Source: Bacteriovoracia bacterium
GTDB taxonomy: Bacteria > Bdellovibrionota > UBA1018 > JBFWNL01
Assembly: GCA_050251055.1 (NCBI GenBank)
Contig: JBFWNL010000002.1
Location: forward strand, 64,001 to 128,000
Length of the DNA stretch: 64,000 nt
Reading direction: 5' to 3'
Numbering within the stretch: position 1 is the stretch's first letter; every line of letters begins with the position of its first letter. Positions 20,395 to 29,213 of this stretch are shown here, one piece after another. Both the position numbers and the translations under genes were made by a program. The notes beneath the pieces were generated by a model. It was not told the origin of the DNA. It searched no databases and saw nothing but the letters and a program-made list of their open reading frames with translations.

Positions 20395-21012
20395 ATGATG
20401 CCAAACGCCTATCGTTTAGTAATGACCCAACGATCGCCCTTCGCGCGCCGCGTGCGTATGGCGATGCTCCGCAACCAAATCGCCCACGAGTTAACCAACG
20501 TCGAGCCCTTCAAGCCGTCGGAAGAATTTCTTCAGGCCAATCCCTTGGGGCTGGTGCCGGTTCTGATTCTACCCAACGGTGATCAAATTGCCGATTCCGC
20601 GGCTATCCTCGAATTTCTAAATGAAACCCATGGCGGGATCTGGCCGGTGGATCCGCAGGCGCGCTACCGCTCCCGCCAGCTCTCCACCCTCGCCGAGGGC
20701 CTCACGCTTTGCGCGGTCCTGCACTTTCAGGAAACCATGAAAGAAAGCACGTCCCGCACGTGGCAGGATCGCCAACGGGAAAAGATCGAACGTACATTGC
20801 GAGTGCTGGAGCGGGAACACGCGAACCCGCTTTTCTATCAGGCCAATGGCGCCGAGCTCGCGCAACCCGGGCTAGATCTGGGCGCGGCCTTGGAATACCT
20901 AGAGTTCCGCTTGCCGGACTTCAAATGGCGCGAACACGCGCCCAAGCTCACGTCGCTCTACGATAAATTCACCCGCACCCCGGGCTACTCCGAAACTCGC
21001 CCCAGCGTTTGA
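20395..21012 (+). CDS. Glutathione S-transferase family protein
   Basis: SPFARRVR, NPLGLVPVL, DSAAILEFL; start ATG 20395. Confidence 0.88.
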   Translation: MMPNAYRLVMTQRSPFARRVRMAMLRNQIAHELTNVEPFKPSEEFLQANPLGLVPVLILPNGDQIADSAAILEFLNETHGGIWPVDPQARYRSRQLSTLAEGLTLCAVLHFQETMKESTSRTWQDRQREKIERTLRVLEREHANPLFYQANGAELAQPGLDLGAALEYLEFRLPDFKWREHAPKLTSLYDKFTRTPGYSETRPSV

Positions 21013-21425
21013 GAGAGCGCGGACATCACGTCGGCGTCGAGCGGCCGAGGCTTACCCTCGCGGTCGATGCATCCTAACGTCGTTGAAGCCGTACCCAAAA
21101 GCTCATCCCCGCGCCAGATCTCGTAATCGAAACGAATCTTGAGCCGTTTAAGCTCCGAGATCCAGCTCACGATGGTAAGTTCGTCGTCGTAGCGGGCGGG
21201 ACGCCGGAAACGGCACCCGAGTTCGATTACGGACATCAAGATGCCCCTCGCCTCTAGGTCCCGATAGCGGAATCCTTGTTCACGCAGGAAATCCGTGCGC
21301 GCGACCTCCAGCCACAGCAGGTACTGCGAATGATGCGCAACGGCCATCTGATCGGTCTCGGCGTAACGGACGCGGATCGCGGAGCGACAAATCTTTGCCG
21401 GTTTCATACCCTTTTCCCGATGCAT
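20985..21425 (-). CDS. YbgC/FadM-family acyl-CoA thioesterase
   Basis: VRYAETDQMAVAHHSQYLLWLEVAR, PARYDD; start 21425 or 21407. Confidence 0.9.
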   Translation of the reverse strand: MHREKGMKPAKICRSAIRVRYAETDQMAVAHHSQYLLWLEVARTDFLREQGFRYRDLEARGILMSVIELGCRFRRPARYDDELTIVSWISELKRLKIRFDYEIWRGDELLGTASTTLGCIDREGKPRPLDADVMSALSQTLGRVSE

Positions 21426-21505
21426 TGCCGCGATGCTACCGCACGCCTAGCTCGGGGCGCAAAAGAAAATTGCCTGTCCCACGTTCCTTGCTTAAACTAA
21501 TCAGG

Positions 21506-22150
21506 ATGACTCGCCCGGCGATTTTCGGCTTCATTTTCACAATCATGACTGTCTGGATGTCCGGGTGTATGGTCGTTAGCAAGGCTGAGCGCAATGGCGA
21601 TTCACTAGCCCGGGCCATCGCGGCCGCGGGCGATCCCGACGCAATCTATACCTACGACGCCGAGAGCGGCACCTGCCGGAACGCCAAACAGGAAGTCGGC
21701 CTGAATATCGTGACCCAGATCGAAGAAGTCGGCCCGTGCGCCCAACTCTCAGACACCAATTTAGTCGACGAAAACTTCGCGCTACGGGAACTCGACGGCT
21801 CCAACCTGTCTCGCTCCTACCTGACGGAGGCCCAGCTCACGGAAGCAAGCCTGGTCGGAGCCAACCTCGAGGGCGCTGACCTTACCGGCGCCGACCTTGC
21901 GAAAGCCGACCTGACCGACGCCAACCTCGCCGCCGCGATCCTCGATGAAGCCGATCTCACGGGAGCACGCCTGGATGGGGCCAATCTCTCGGGTGCCTCC
22001 CTCTTCAAAACCAAGTTCAAAGACGTGTCGCTCGTGCAAGCAAAGCTCGACCAGCTGGATCTCACGCAACTCCTGGATGACGAAGACGTGAACTGGGAAG
22101 CGGTGAAAAAACACGCGGCCAGCCGCGAAAAAACCCTCTTCCCGAAATAA
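21506..22150 (+). CDS. Pentapeptide-repeat lipoprotein
   Basis: Lipobox MSGC; A(D/N)LxG pentapeptide repeats; TTGCCT-17-TAAACT promoter 7 nt before ATG 21506. Confidence 0.8.
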   Translation: MTRPAIFGFIFTIMTVWMSGCMVVSKAERNGDSLARAIAAAGDPDAIYTYDAESGTCRNAKQEVGLNIVTQIEEVGPCAQLSDTNLVDENFALRELDGSNLSRSYLTEAQLTEASLVGANLEGADLTGADLAKADLTDANLAAAILDEADLTGARLDGANLSGASLFKTKFKDVSLVQAKLDQLDLTQLLDDEDVNWEAVKKHAASREKTLFPK

Positions 22151-22152
22151 GC

Positions 22153-23523
22153 CTAGGGCGCTGTCACCTCGAAAACCGCCCGGCAACCGCCGGACACCCA
22201 AATCGAGCGCGCATCAAATCCCCAGCTCACGCCTTGCCGACAAGGCGAGTTCGATTTTTGCTCCAGCAACCGGGCGCTGCCGATGGGCGTAGGAGACGGG
22301 CAGGTCGAGCGGCCATTATTGACGCTCGCGCACTCCAGGCGTCCTGGTGCCGGTCCCACATGTGGGCCGCTCGTCACCCCGACCGGCACGTAGCCAATCA
22401 GCTCTTCCTGCATTCCCGGCACGCGGCCCGGGATTCCACCCCCGCCCGGCGCCCCGGCCGACGGAGTCGACGTCATCAGATAGAGGCGGCCGTTGACCCC
22501 GTTCGGGGAATTTTTCCAATAACGACGAAGCGGCATCATTCCCGTCATATTCCCGCGGGCTGGCGCAGCGAGCACGTAGCCCAATACTCCTTCGTTCTTC
22601 GCTACCCGGCTGCCGTCATCACAATTCGGCAGGATCGATTCATAGCGGATGGGAGGCTGATTGCGGGCGATCACGCCGCCGTTGCGCACGCGCGAGCATT
22701 GGTACAGAGGTGTACGACCTGGCGCGTTCACGGCGAAAACCTTGTAAGCCGGCCCCATCGGACGGTAGGAATTCTCCAAACCCCCGCCTGACTTCGGGTG
22801 AACCGGCTGATGCGACTGATCGGCGCTCAAGTAGCGATGCAAAAGAACCGTATCGTTTGGCTCCCCGCATTTTCGCCAGCGGATCGCATAATGATTTTCC
22901 AGGCTCCCGTCGAGCGAATCGACCGTGATAGAGGCGCGAGCATTGGGTCCCCCGACCGCGCGGATTTTCGTGCGGACACGCAGCTCCTTCGAGCCCTCTC
23001 CGCAGGGGGACCACATCGCGCGATCGAGTGGGATGAGATTGCGGAACAAAAAGTCGTCCGAGTAAGCCCCTTTCAACGTCTGCTCGTCGAAGGTCGCCAT
23101 GCGCACGGTGTTGTCGGTACCGAAGAAGTAACCCGATTGCAGAGTGGCGAAGGTGCCCGCGTCCAGATCCGCGTATCCTCGGTAATCTACCGAAAAAATG
23201 GTGTAAGACCAGTTCGGCGGCACGTTCAACTGCAAATTGACGATGCAGGACTTCCCGCTGTCGAGGACGGATCCGCCTCCGGCTTCCACGCTGTATTGAT
23301 CAAAAATCACGCTGATCTGCTGGGCATCCGGCGAGAGTACGGAGGATGCCGTGCCCTGAGGACAACCCTCTCCACCATAGGTAGCACCCCGAATGAAAAC
23401 TTCCGCCGGATTCGGGCCTCCCTCCTCGGCGTGAGCCACGCTCGCCAGGAAGCACCCCACCCACACCAGGCCGACCAACCCCGCCCAGATCCCACCGCGA
23501 TTCTTGCTTTTAAGCGTAATCAT
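22153..23523 (-). CDS. Secreted multidomain protein: DUF4360 plus repeat region plus DUF3011-like C-terminus
   Basis: Signal peptide; YGGEGCPQGT...VIFDQY...VDYRGYADL...WSPC (DUF4360-like); ECAS...C...EQKSNSPC...SWGFD...IWVSGGCRAVF (DUF3011-like). Confidence 0.7.
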   Translation of the reverse strand: MITLKSKNRGGIWAGLVGLVWVGCFLASVAHAEEGGPNPAEVFIRGATYGGEGCPQGTASSVLSPDAQQISVIFDQYSVEAGGGSVLDSGKSCIVNLQLNVPPNWSYTIFSVDYRGYADLDAGTFATLQSGYFFGTDNTVRMATFDEQTLKGAYSDDFLFRNLIPLDRAMWSPCGEGSKELRVRTKIRAVGGPNARASITVDSLDGSLENHYAIRWRKCGEPNDTVLLHRYLSADQSHQPVHPKSGGGLENSYRPMGPAYKVFAVNAPGRTPLYQCSRVRNGGVIARNQPPIRYESILPNCDDGSRVAKNEGVLGYVLAAPARGNMTGMMPLRRYWKNSPNGVNGRLYLMTSTPSAGAPGGGGIPGRVPGMQEELIGYVPVGVTSGPHVGPAPGRLECASVNNGRSTCPSPTPIGSARLLEQKSNSPCRQGVSWGFDARSIWVSGGCRAVFEVTAP

Positions 23524-23550
23524 TTGCCCCCCTCCCTCGGCCCCCACCTG

Positions 23551-23566
23551 AGCAAGCCATATGCCC
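23551..23566 (-). promoter_or_regulatory. Putative sigma-54 promoter
   Basis: Minus strand GGGCATATGGCTTGCT with GG and GC at -24/-12 spacing, 27 nt before the start at 23523. Confidence 0.6.
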
Positions 23567-23670
23567 GACCCCCGAAATGGGAATTCCACGTCATTCCAGC
23601 CAGTTATCGGAACACTCGACCATAAAGAGCGGTGACAAAAAGATCCCCAACGTTATATGATGGGCGCACT

Positions 23671-24993
23671 ATGAAAAAGATCCTCCTGGCGATCGTCGTG
23701 ATCATCTTCCTTCTCGCCGGCGCCGCGTTCTACTCCATCATTTATACTCCGCTGCCGCTGAAATTAATCGAATCCGCGCTCAAGGCGAACGGAGTGCAGA
23801 TTTCCGGGATGACCGGAAGCCTCAATAGCGGCATGTCCATTGAAACGCTCGAGTTCAAGAATGCGGATCTCGAGCTCAACCTCAAGAACGCGCGTTTTCA
23901 GTATGCCGGTCTCTCGCGCCTAATGGCGGGCGAGCTGCTCATCGAAGACGTGAATCTGGATCAAGGTACGGTCAAGATCCTCAAGACCATGCAGGGTCGG
24001 GCACAAGGCTCCGGGTCGTCGGGGGCCACGAGCGGTGGACGAGGCCCCATCTTCTTTAAAACCTTGCGCGTGAAAATGGTGAACATCTCCAATGTGTCCG
24101 TCTACTCGTCGGCCGTGCCTTCGCGGCCGTTCGTACTGGACCGCATGATGCTGCAAGAACTGGTAGTGAACCAGAAAGGCGTCAAGGCGGAGCGCTTCAT
24201 GGTCAACAGCGGCAGCTACGACCTAGACGTACCCGCGCTCGAGGGCAAAGCCGGATCGTTCCACTTAAGCGCGCCGATCCAAGGCAAACTGAAAGCGGCC
24301 GCGTTGACCTGGTTGAAGCAGGACGTACCGTTTACCGTCGTGACCGCGTATTCACCGGCGGGGCTTGACCTTCAGTTCCAAACTTTCGATGGAAAACTCA
24401 CGATCACGCATAAACCTACGGTGATGCTGCTCGCGGAACTCAAGGACTTCAATCCCCAGGATCACCTGGTAACGGATTTGCCTTTTAGCGCCATGAACGT
24501 GAAGCTGGAGATCCAGCAGTTCGAAGCCATCCTCTTCGGCACCGTGCCAGTGTCGGGCTCCTTCAAAGCGTACGACGCTCTTTTCCAGATCACGCAGATC
24601 ACTCCTCCCGCACCTGGCCAACCCAATTTGAAGCTGGGGGTAATGGCGACGAGTTCTTTCACGCGCCCCCACGGCACGCAAAATGAGCGCTTCGAGATCG
24701 ATTTCAAACCTAATCTGATGGGTATCGCCACCGGCGCCGTAAGCCACGACCCGTGGCTGCGCCTGGACTCGAATTTCGGCCTACCACCCGCGCCGACGTT
24801 GGCCCGACTGCACTACCAGAAGGCGTACGAGGAGCTCGATGATTTGCAAAAAGCGCAGCTCGACAAGGAAGCCGCGCTTTTCGCCGCCGGCCCGGGCATC
24901 CAGCCCCTCCTGAAACTCAAAGCCGACAAGCCTAAAAAAGGGGCTAAAGGCGTAAAATCTTCGGCGAAACCTCACGCGAAAAAGAAGAAGTAA
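23671..24993 (+). CDS. Hypothetical membrane-anchored beta-rich protein (AsmA/TamB-like N-terminus)
   Basis: N-terminal TM, GVQISGMTGSLNSGMSIE, beta-rich body, Lys-rich tail. Confidence 0.5.
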   Translation: MKKILLAIVVIIFLLAGAAFYSIIYTPLPLKLIESALKANGVQISGMTGSLNSGMSIETLEFKNADLELNLKNARFQYAGLSRLMAGELLIEDVNLDQGTVKILKTMQGRAQGSGSSGATSGGRGPIFFKTLRVKMVNISNVSVYSSAVPSRPFVLDRMMLQELVVNQKGVKAERFMVNSGSYDLDVPALEGKAGSFHLSAPIQGKLKAAALTWLKQDVPFTVVTAYSPAGLDLQFQTFDGKLTITHKPTVMLLAELKDFNPQDHLVTDLPFSAMNVKLEIQQFEAILFGTVPVSGSFKAYDALFQITQITPPAPGQPNLKLGVMATSSFTRPHGTQNERFEIDFKPNLMGIATGAVSHDPWLRLDSNFGLPPAPTLARLHYQKAYEELDDLQKAQLDKEAALFAAGPGIQPLLKLKADKPKKGAKGVKSSAKPHAKKKK

Positions 24994-25036
24994 CCGGCTT
25001 CGGCCACCAGGTACGGCGTGACACACGCGCGGCCAC

Positions 25037-25119
25037 CTGTCTAATGATTGGACAGCGGGGCGGCGCAAACTCCGTTTTATCCACGAGATAGCCCCTCGTC
25101 CATTGGTATGCGCCTTGAA
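25037..25119 (+). promoter_or_regulatory. Putative sigma-54 promoter with upstream palindrome
   Basis: TGGTATGCGCCTTGAA (25104-25119; GG-N10-GA) and palindrome ctgtctaat-g-attggacag (25037-25055). Confidence 0.5.
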
Positions 25120-25159
25120 ATGAACTGAGCCTGAGAGTTCGTTGAGAGGAAGTTTATCT

Positions 25160-25552
25160 ATGTTGTTTTTGAAGAGAGCCTTACTCACCATCATGTTGGT
25201 CCTGCCTTGTCACGTTACGATGAACGCCCTAGAGGCGGAAGCCATGGGCGCCGGATACGGTTACGGTTATGGCCCGCCCATGATGAACTACGGCGGATAC
25301 CGGCAGATGTTGCAACCCTTCCAAAATATGCCCTTTTATCCCAACGGCCCCACCAGTAACGCGATCGCGATGCAAGCGCGCATGGGTGAGATCTATCCCT
25401 ACGGCACCGGCAACCCCTACGCCGACATGCAGCTGGCCATGATGAACGATAGCTTCAACTGGACGGGCGCGCCCACCATCGGCGCCGGTATTGGCGCTCC
25501 GGTCGGAGGGGCCGCTATTGGCAACTGGCAGCGTTACAACGCCGCCTGGTAA
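25160..25552 (+). CDS. Small secreted Gly/Met/Tyr/Pro-rich protein
   Basis: GAGAGGA RBS, signal peptide, low-complexity body, glycine-zipper-like C-terminus. Confidence 0.6.
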   Translation: MLFLKRALLTIMLVLPCHVTMNALEAEAMGAGYGYGYGPPMMNYGGYRQMLQPFQNMPFYPNGPTSNAIAMQARMGEIYPYGTGNPYADMQLAMMNDSFNWTGAPTIGAGIGAPVGGAAIGNWQRYNAAW

Positions 25553-25553
25553 C

Positions 25554-25584
25554 AAAAAAAGGCCCCGGAATTTCTTCCGGAGCC
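25554..25584 (-). terminator. Rho-independent terminator of the 25617-26360 gene
   Basis: Minus strand ggctccggaa-gaaa-ttccggggcc followed by TTTTTTT. Confidence 0.8.
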
Positions 25585-25616
25585 CTTCCCAAAAACCCTA
25601 AGCTTTTGTGTCGACG

Positions 25617-26360
25617 TTATTCGGCCAAGTAGAGCATCGCTTCTTCGCTCAGCACGAGCTTGCCGTCCGTCTTGCCTTTCGTAGCTAGGTCGTAAACCCA
25701 ATTCGAAAGCGGTGGTGCGATCCACGTCTTCATCACGAAGCGCGGGATCTCGGAGGCTAGGCCGCAAACCGAGCCGATGGCTCCGGCGCCGAACGTGATA
25801 CCCGTGCAGCTCCCGCGGCAAGCCCAATAAATCACGATCGCCGCGAAAGGCACGAAATGCTTTTGGTATTCCACCTTGTCCCAGGTATCGCCATTGCGCT
25901 GGTCGCCCTTGGGTTGGAACACCACCGGCAGGACGTAATTGATGGTGTTGATGTCGTCGAGCTTCATGGCCTTGAGCACGAGATCGCCGAAGGTCATTTC
26001 GAGCTTTTTGTAGAAATCCGCTAGCCACTGATTAAGCGGCGCGTGGTCACCCACATCCAGCACGGAGAGATTCAAGAAATAGCTGGCATACTGCCGCTTC
26101 CATTCCTTCTCGAAACGGTCCGCGAGCTCCGTATAGCCCTCAAGGCGGAATTTACTGACGCCGGTACCGACGATCGCGTTAAGCGCTAACTGCGTCTTGC
26201 GGTTCAACTCCGCTTTTCTGAATTCCTTGATCACCGAACGCGACTCCTTGAGCGTGACGTCCACGCCCGTGGCGGCGGAAGCCGAATCAATCGCGAATGA
26301 CGCGCCGAAAATTCCAAAAAACCCAAAAACCACCGCGGTGGCGAATATCCATTTCTTCAC
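25617..26360 (-). CDS. Hypothetical secreted protein
   Basis: GTG start at 26360 with AGGAGG RBS, signal peptide, Cys/Gly-rich hydrophobic C-terminal hairpin. Confidence 0.6.
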   Translation of the reverse strand: MKKWIFATAVVFGFFGIFGASFAIDSASAATGVDVTLKESRSVIKEFRKAELNRKTQLALNAIVGTGVSKFRLEGYTELADRFEKEWKRQYASYFLNLSVLDVGDHAPLNQWLADFYKKLEMTFGDLVLKAMKLDDINTINYVLPVVFQPKGDQRNGDTWDKVEYQKHFVPFAAIVIYWACRGSCTGITFGAGAIGSVCGLASEIPRFVMKTWIAPPLSNWVYDLATKGKTDGKLVLSEEAMLYLAE

Positions 26361-26469
26361 AGCAAGCCCTCCTATGGCTCCCCATTTAAAAATCCAACTG
26401 CTTTTAGGATCGCCTAATTCTATCCAAGAATTGGTTTTATGTAATGGATTTGTTAAGTTGAAATCTCTC

Positions 26470-27831
26470 ATGCGCATTCACTTCTTTCCGGCATTACTTC
26501 CCTTGACCGCCGTACTGCCGTGGCTACTAAGCGCCGTCGGGGTTGTCGCAAGTTTCTTCGTCCGTCGGGGACGTTTCCGAACCGCCGTCAAGGTGTTGGC
26601 GGTTACTTGTCTCGTCGGCGCGGCGGCGCTTTTCGCGCGCCACTGGCAGAAGCAAAAATCACTTCAAGGAAGCCGCCTCACTCCCGTGGATGCGCTTCCC
26701 GTGTCAACGCCCGCGGAGGTTCCGACACCCAGCGCGGGGGGAGTCTCGCCCACGCGACTAAAAGGCTGGGAGCGGCTGAGTCCCCGGCACAACCTCTCCA
26801 CTCCCGCCATCGGCGACGGCCTGGTTCTAGTCGGCACCACGGAAGGAACCTTGGATGCCTATCGGCTTGGGGACGGAGCCCCGCTCTGGAGCCTACGCAA
26901 GAGCGAGCCTATTTACGTCCGCCCCGCTATCGTTGGTGTTCGCGCCTACGTGGGAGAAGGCTTGCATACTGCGATGAGCTCAAAACTCACGGCGGTTTCC
27001 CTTCCCGACGGGAAGCCCATCTGGGAGCGTCAGTTCTTAGGGCACCTGGAGGCGACTCCGCTGGTGGATGCCACGACAAATACGCTCTGGTTCGGCGCTG
27101 GGCCCCAGGGGGCCTGGGCTCTCGACACGGAATCGGGTGAAGTACGCTGGCGAGCGGAGATCGGCCACGTCGACGCCACCCCGCTACTCACCGCCGACCG
27201 CAAGCTCCTAGTAATCCCCGCCCACGTGGAAACCGATCCTTCTCAAACCATACTCTATGCGCTGGAACCCGAAAGTGGCCGCGAGATCTGGCGTCTGCCT
27301 CTGCCCGGCCAACCCTGGGTCGCACCGCTGGAGGATCGCGCCACCGGGAATATTCTGGCGACCACCTCGGTCGGTCGACTAGGCCCGCGCACCCCTGACG
27401 AAAGAGGCTGGGCGTTCGCCATCCGTCGGACGGGGAGCGCCCCTATGATCGAATGGCAACAGCCCTTCCCAGGCATGCCCCTCTTCAACGGCGCCCAGGA
27501 TCCCGAGCTTCGCATCACGTTCCATAGCTTGAAGGCGGGGCAGATTCTCGCGTTAGAGAATCGCACGGGGAAAATCCAGTGGTCGATCCATCTCGGAGCG
27601 GATCTGCACGCGCCCGCCACCTGGTTGGGCGGCAAGCCCGCGCGGCTTGGCGCGCTCACGGTAGACGGTTTTTTACACTTGATCGATCCCAGAACGGGCA
27701 AGCGCGTCCGCAAACTTCCCTTCAGTGTCGGCAGCAGTTCTTCGCCCGCCGCCGCCGAAATCGGCGGAGAAAGCGCGATCATCGTCGTGACTCCGGAGGC
27801 GGTAGCCATGCTACCGGCAGCGGAAAAATGA
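26470..27831 (+). CDS. Membrane-anchored PQQ-like (BamB/AfsK-type) beta-propeller protein
   Basis: Two N-terminal TM helices; repeated A-x-D/E-x-x-(T/S/D)G-x-x-x-W tryptophan-docking motifs. Confidence 0.8.
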   Translation: MRIHFFPALLPLTAVLPWLLSAVGVVASFFVRRGRFRTAVKVLAVTCLVGAAALFARHWQKQKSLQGSRLTPVDALPVSTPAEVPTPSAGGVSPTRLKGWERLSPRHNLSTPAIGDGLVLVGTTEGTLDAYRLGDGAPLWSLRKSEPIYVRPAIVGVRAYVGEGLHTAMSSKLTAVSLPDGKPIWERQFLGHLEATPLVDATTNTLWFGAGPQGAWALDTESGEVRWRAEIGHVDATPLLTADRKLLVIPAHVETDPSQTILYALEPESGREIWRLPLPGQPWVAPLEDRATGNILATTSVGRLGPRTPDERGWAFAIRRTGSAPMIEWQQPFPGMPLFNGAQDPELRITFHSLKAGQILALENRTGKIQWSIHLGADLHAPATWLGGKPARLGALTVDGFLHLIDPRTGKRVRKLPFSVGSSSSPAAAEIGGESAIIVVTPEAVAMLPAAEK

Positions 27832-28943
27832 GCTCGCTCTGGTTACGCTTTCAAGACGACACCAGCCTTCCGGAAAACGTGGGCCCCGTCGGTCGGCGCA
27901 AGCTCGCGGAAATTTTCGACCCGCGCGACGCCGGCTCTCCCTGGTCGCGCGCCTGCGCGACGTTCGGCGCTCCCACCGCCCGCCCGAGTCCGGCGGGAAC
28001 CGGGCCGGGAAACAGCTTGGTAAACTGGTTGGCAGGAGAACCCCCTTACGTCAATTGGAGCGCAATGATCCACGCCGCGAGCCACGGATCGCTCCAAGTG
28101 GTTCCCGATCCAAAGCTTTTCTTCACCGTGCAGTCAGCGCCTGGCCTCGGAAAGTACATCTCCCTCGTTAAGCTGCAATGGCGACTGGAAAAAACGATCG
28201 AAGATTGTCTGCGATGGACACCCCCTACCGGGGAATCCTCTCCCGTTGCTTCCGGTGACGGCATCCACCAAAGCCTGCTGCTGGGGCTCGCGATTCTCAG
28301 TCTCACGCTGCGGCTCCCCACCCATACCGAGGTCGAGCTCGCTCATTGGCTCATGGAACCTCAGCAAGCGCCGCTGGCCGCCCGACGCACGTTGGAGCTT
28401 TTGCAAAAGCTGCAGATGAAGCGCACCGATCTTTCGCACTACTGGTTGGAGATATTTCCGGATGAAGCCGGAGAAACCGCCACTCCCCCAGGCCCCCTCT
28501 GCTATTGGCTAGACGAAACGGGCACACGGCGGTTTCCCACGGAAGCTGCCGGGCATTCGGAGCACCCGATGGACCACTCAAGGGGCACACCCACATCCGA
28601 GTCTCCCCCGGCAACGGCTTGGCAGGGTTCACCCGTCTGCGCGGGCCAGGTACACGGGGAAGCACGCTTCATCGATCCCATGCGCCACCCTCCCTCAGAC
28701 GTAGAAGAAGGCGCGATTCTAATCTTCGCCAAAGCTCGCCCTGACTCGGTGGAATACTTTACGAAGGCACGTGCCGTGCTCTTTTGCACGGGGGGCTTGA
28801 TGTCCCATGCCTGCACCGTCGCGCGGGAGCGTCACCTCCCATGCGTGACGGCCTTGGGGCGGGAGTTCGAGGCCCTGGCAAGGCGCCGCGAGAAGCTTAC
28901 GCTCGAACTCGATGGAACACGGGGTTCAGTGAAGCTGGTTTGA
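27828..28943 (+). CDS. Protein with C-terminal PEP-utilising enzyme mobile (phospho-His swivel) domain
   Basis: GSPVCAGQVHGEAR, TGGLMSHACTVARE, LDGTRGSV; ATGA overlap with the upstream gene. Confidence 0.75.
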   Translation: MSSLWLRFQDDTSLPENVGPVGRRKLAEIFDPRDAGSPWSRACATFGAPTARPSPAGTGPGNSLVNWLAGEPPYVNWSAMIHAASHGSLQVVPDPKLFFTVQSAPGLGKYISLVKLQWRLEKTIEDCLRWTPPTGESSPVASGDGIHQSLLLGLAILSLTLRLPTHTEVELAHWLMEPQQAPLAARRTLELLQKLQMKRTDLSHYWLEIFPDEAGETATPPGPLCYWLDETGTRRFPTEAAGHSEHPMDHSRGTPTSESPPATAWQGSPVCAGQVHGEARFIDPMRHPPSDVEEGAILIFAKARPDSVEYFTKARAVLFCTGGLMSHACTVARERHLPCVTALGREFEALARRREKLTLELDGTRGSVKLV

Positions 28944-28947
28944 TCAC

Positions 28948-29092
28948 AAAAAAAATAATTTATTATAAATTTAAATAGTTTATATAATCATATAACTAGT
29001 TAAATTAATTAATTTTTTTTATAATTTATAGTTAATTTTGTTCACAGATATTAGAAAATAAATTTGACTATTAACGCAATGCAATGTAATCT
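28948..29092 (+). promoter_or_regulatory. Extremely AT-rich tract followed by sigma-70 promoter
   Basis: 6 G/C in 93 nt (28948-29040); TTGACT (29064) -17 nt- TAATCT (29087). Confidence 0.65.
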
Positions 29093-29122
29093 GGATTCAC
29101 TAGGTAGTTCAGACTCAAAGTA

Positions 29123-29183
29123 ATGGTGAGTGAATCTAGTTAGAAATACCTCAGGCCCCAAACAAACTAGATTCACTCACCAT
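29123..29183. repeat. Perfect 19-bp inverted repeat with 23-nt spacer
   Basis: atggtgagtgaatctagtt (29123-29141) and aactagattcactcaccat (29165-29183). Confidence 0.9.
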
Positions 29184-29213
29184 GCCCCAACGGTTTGCGT
29201 TATAGTCGGGGCC

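Noticed and set aside
21780-22020. Repetitive DNA or Qnr resistance gene
   Set aside because: Explained by pentapeptide protein repeats in a lipoprotein; exported location argues against gyrase protection.
28977-29005. dif-like site (ATAA...GTTAAAT)
   Set aside because: XerD arm matches only 7 of 11 and the spacing is off by one; expected by chance in such AT-rich DNA.
28948-29060. AT-rich tract as replication origin (oriC DUE)
   Set aside because: No convincing cluster of TTATCCACA-type DnaA boxes (only weak matches such as TTGTTCACA) and no dnaA/gidA/parAB context.
29091-29183. Mini CRISPR array behind an AT-rich leader
   Set aside because: Repeats are short, alternate in orientation, and no cas genes are present.
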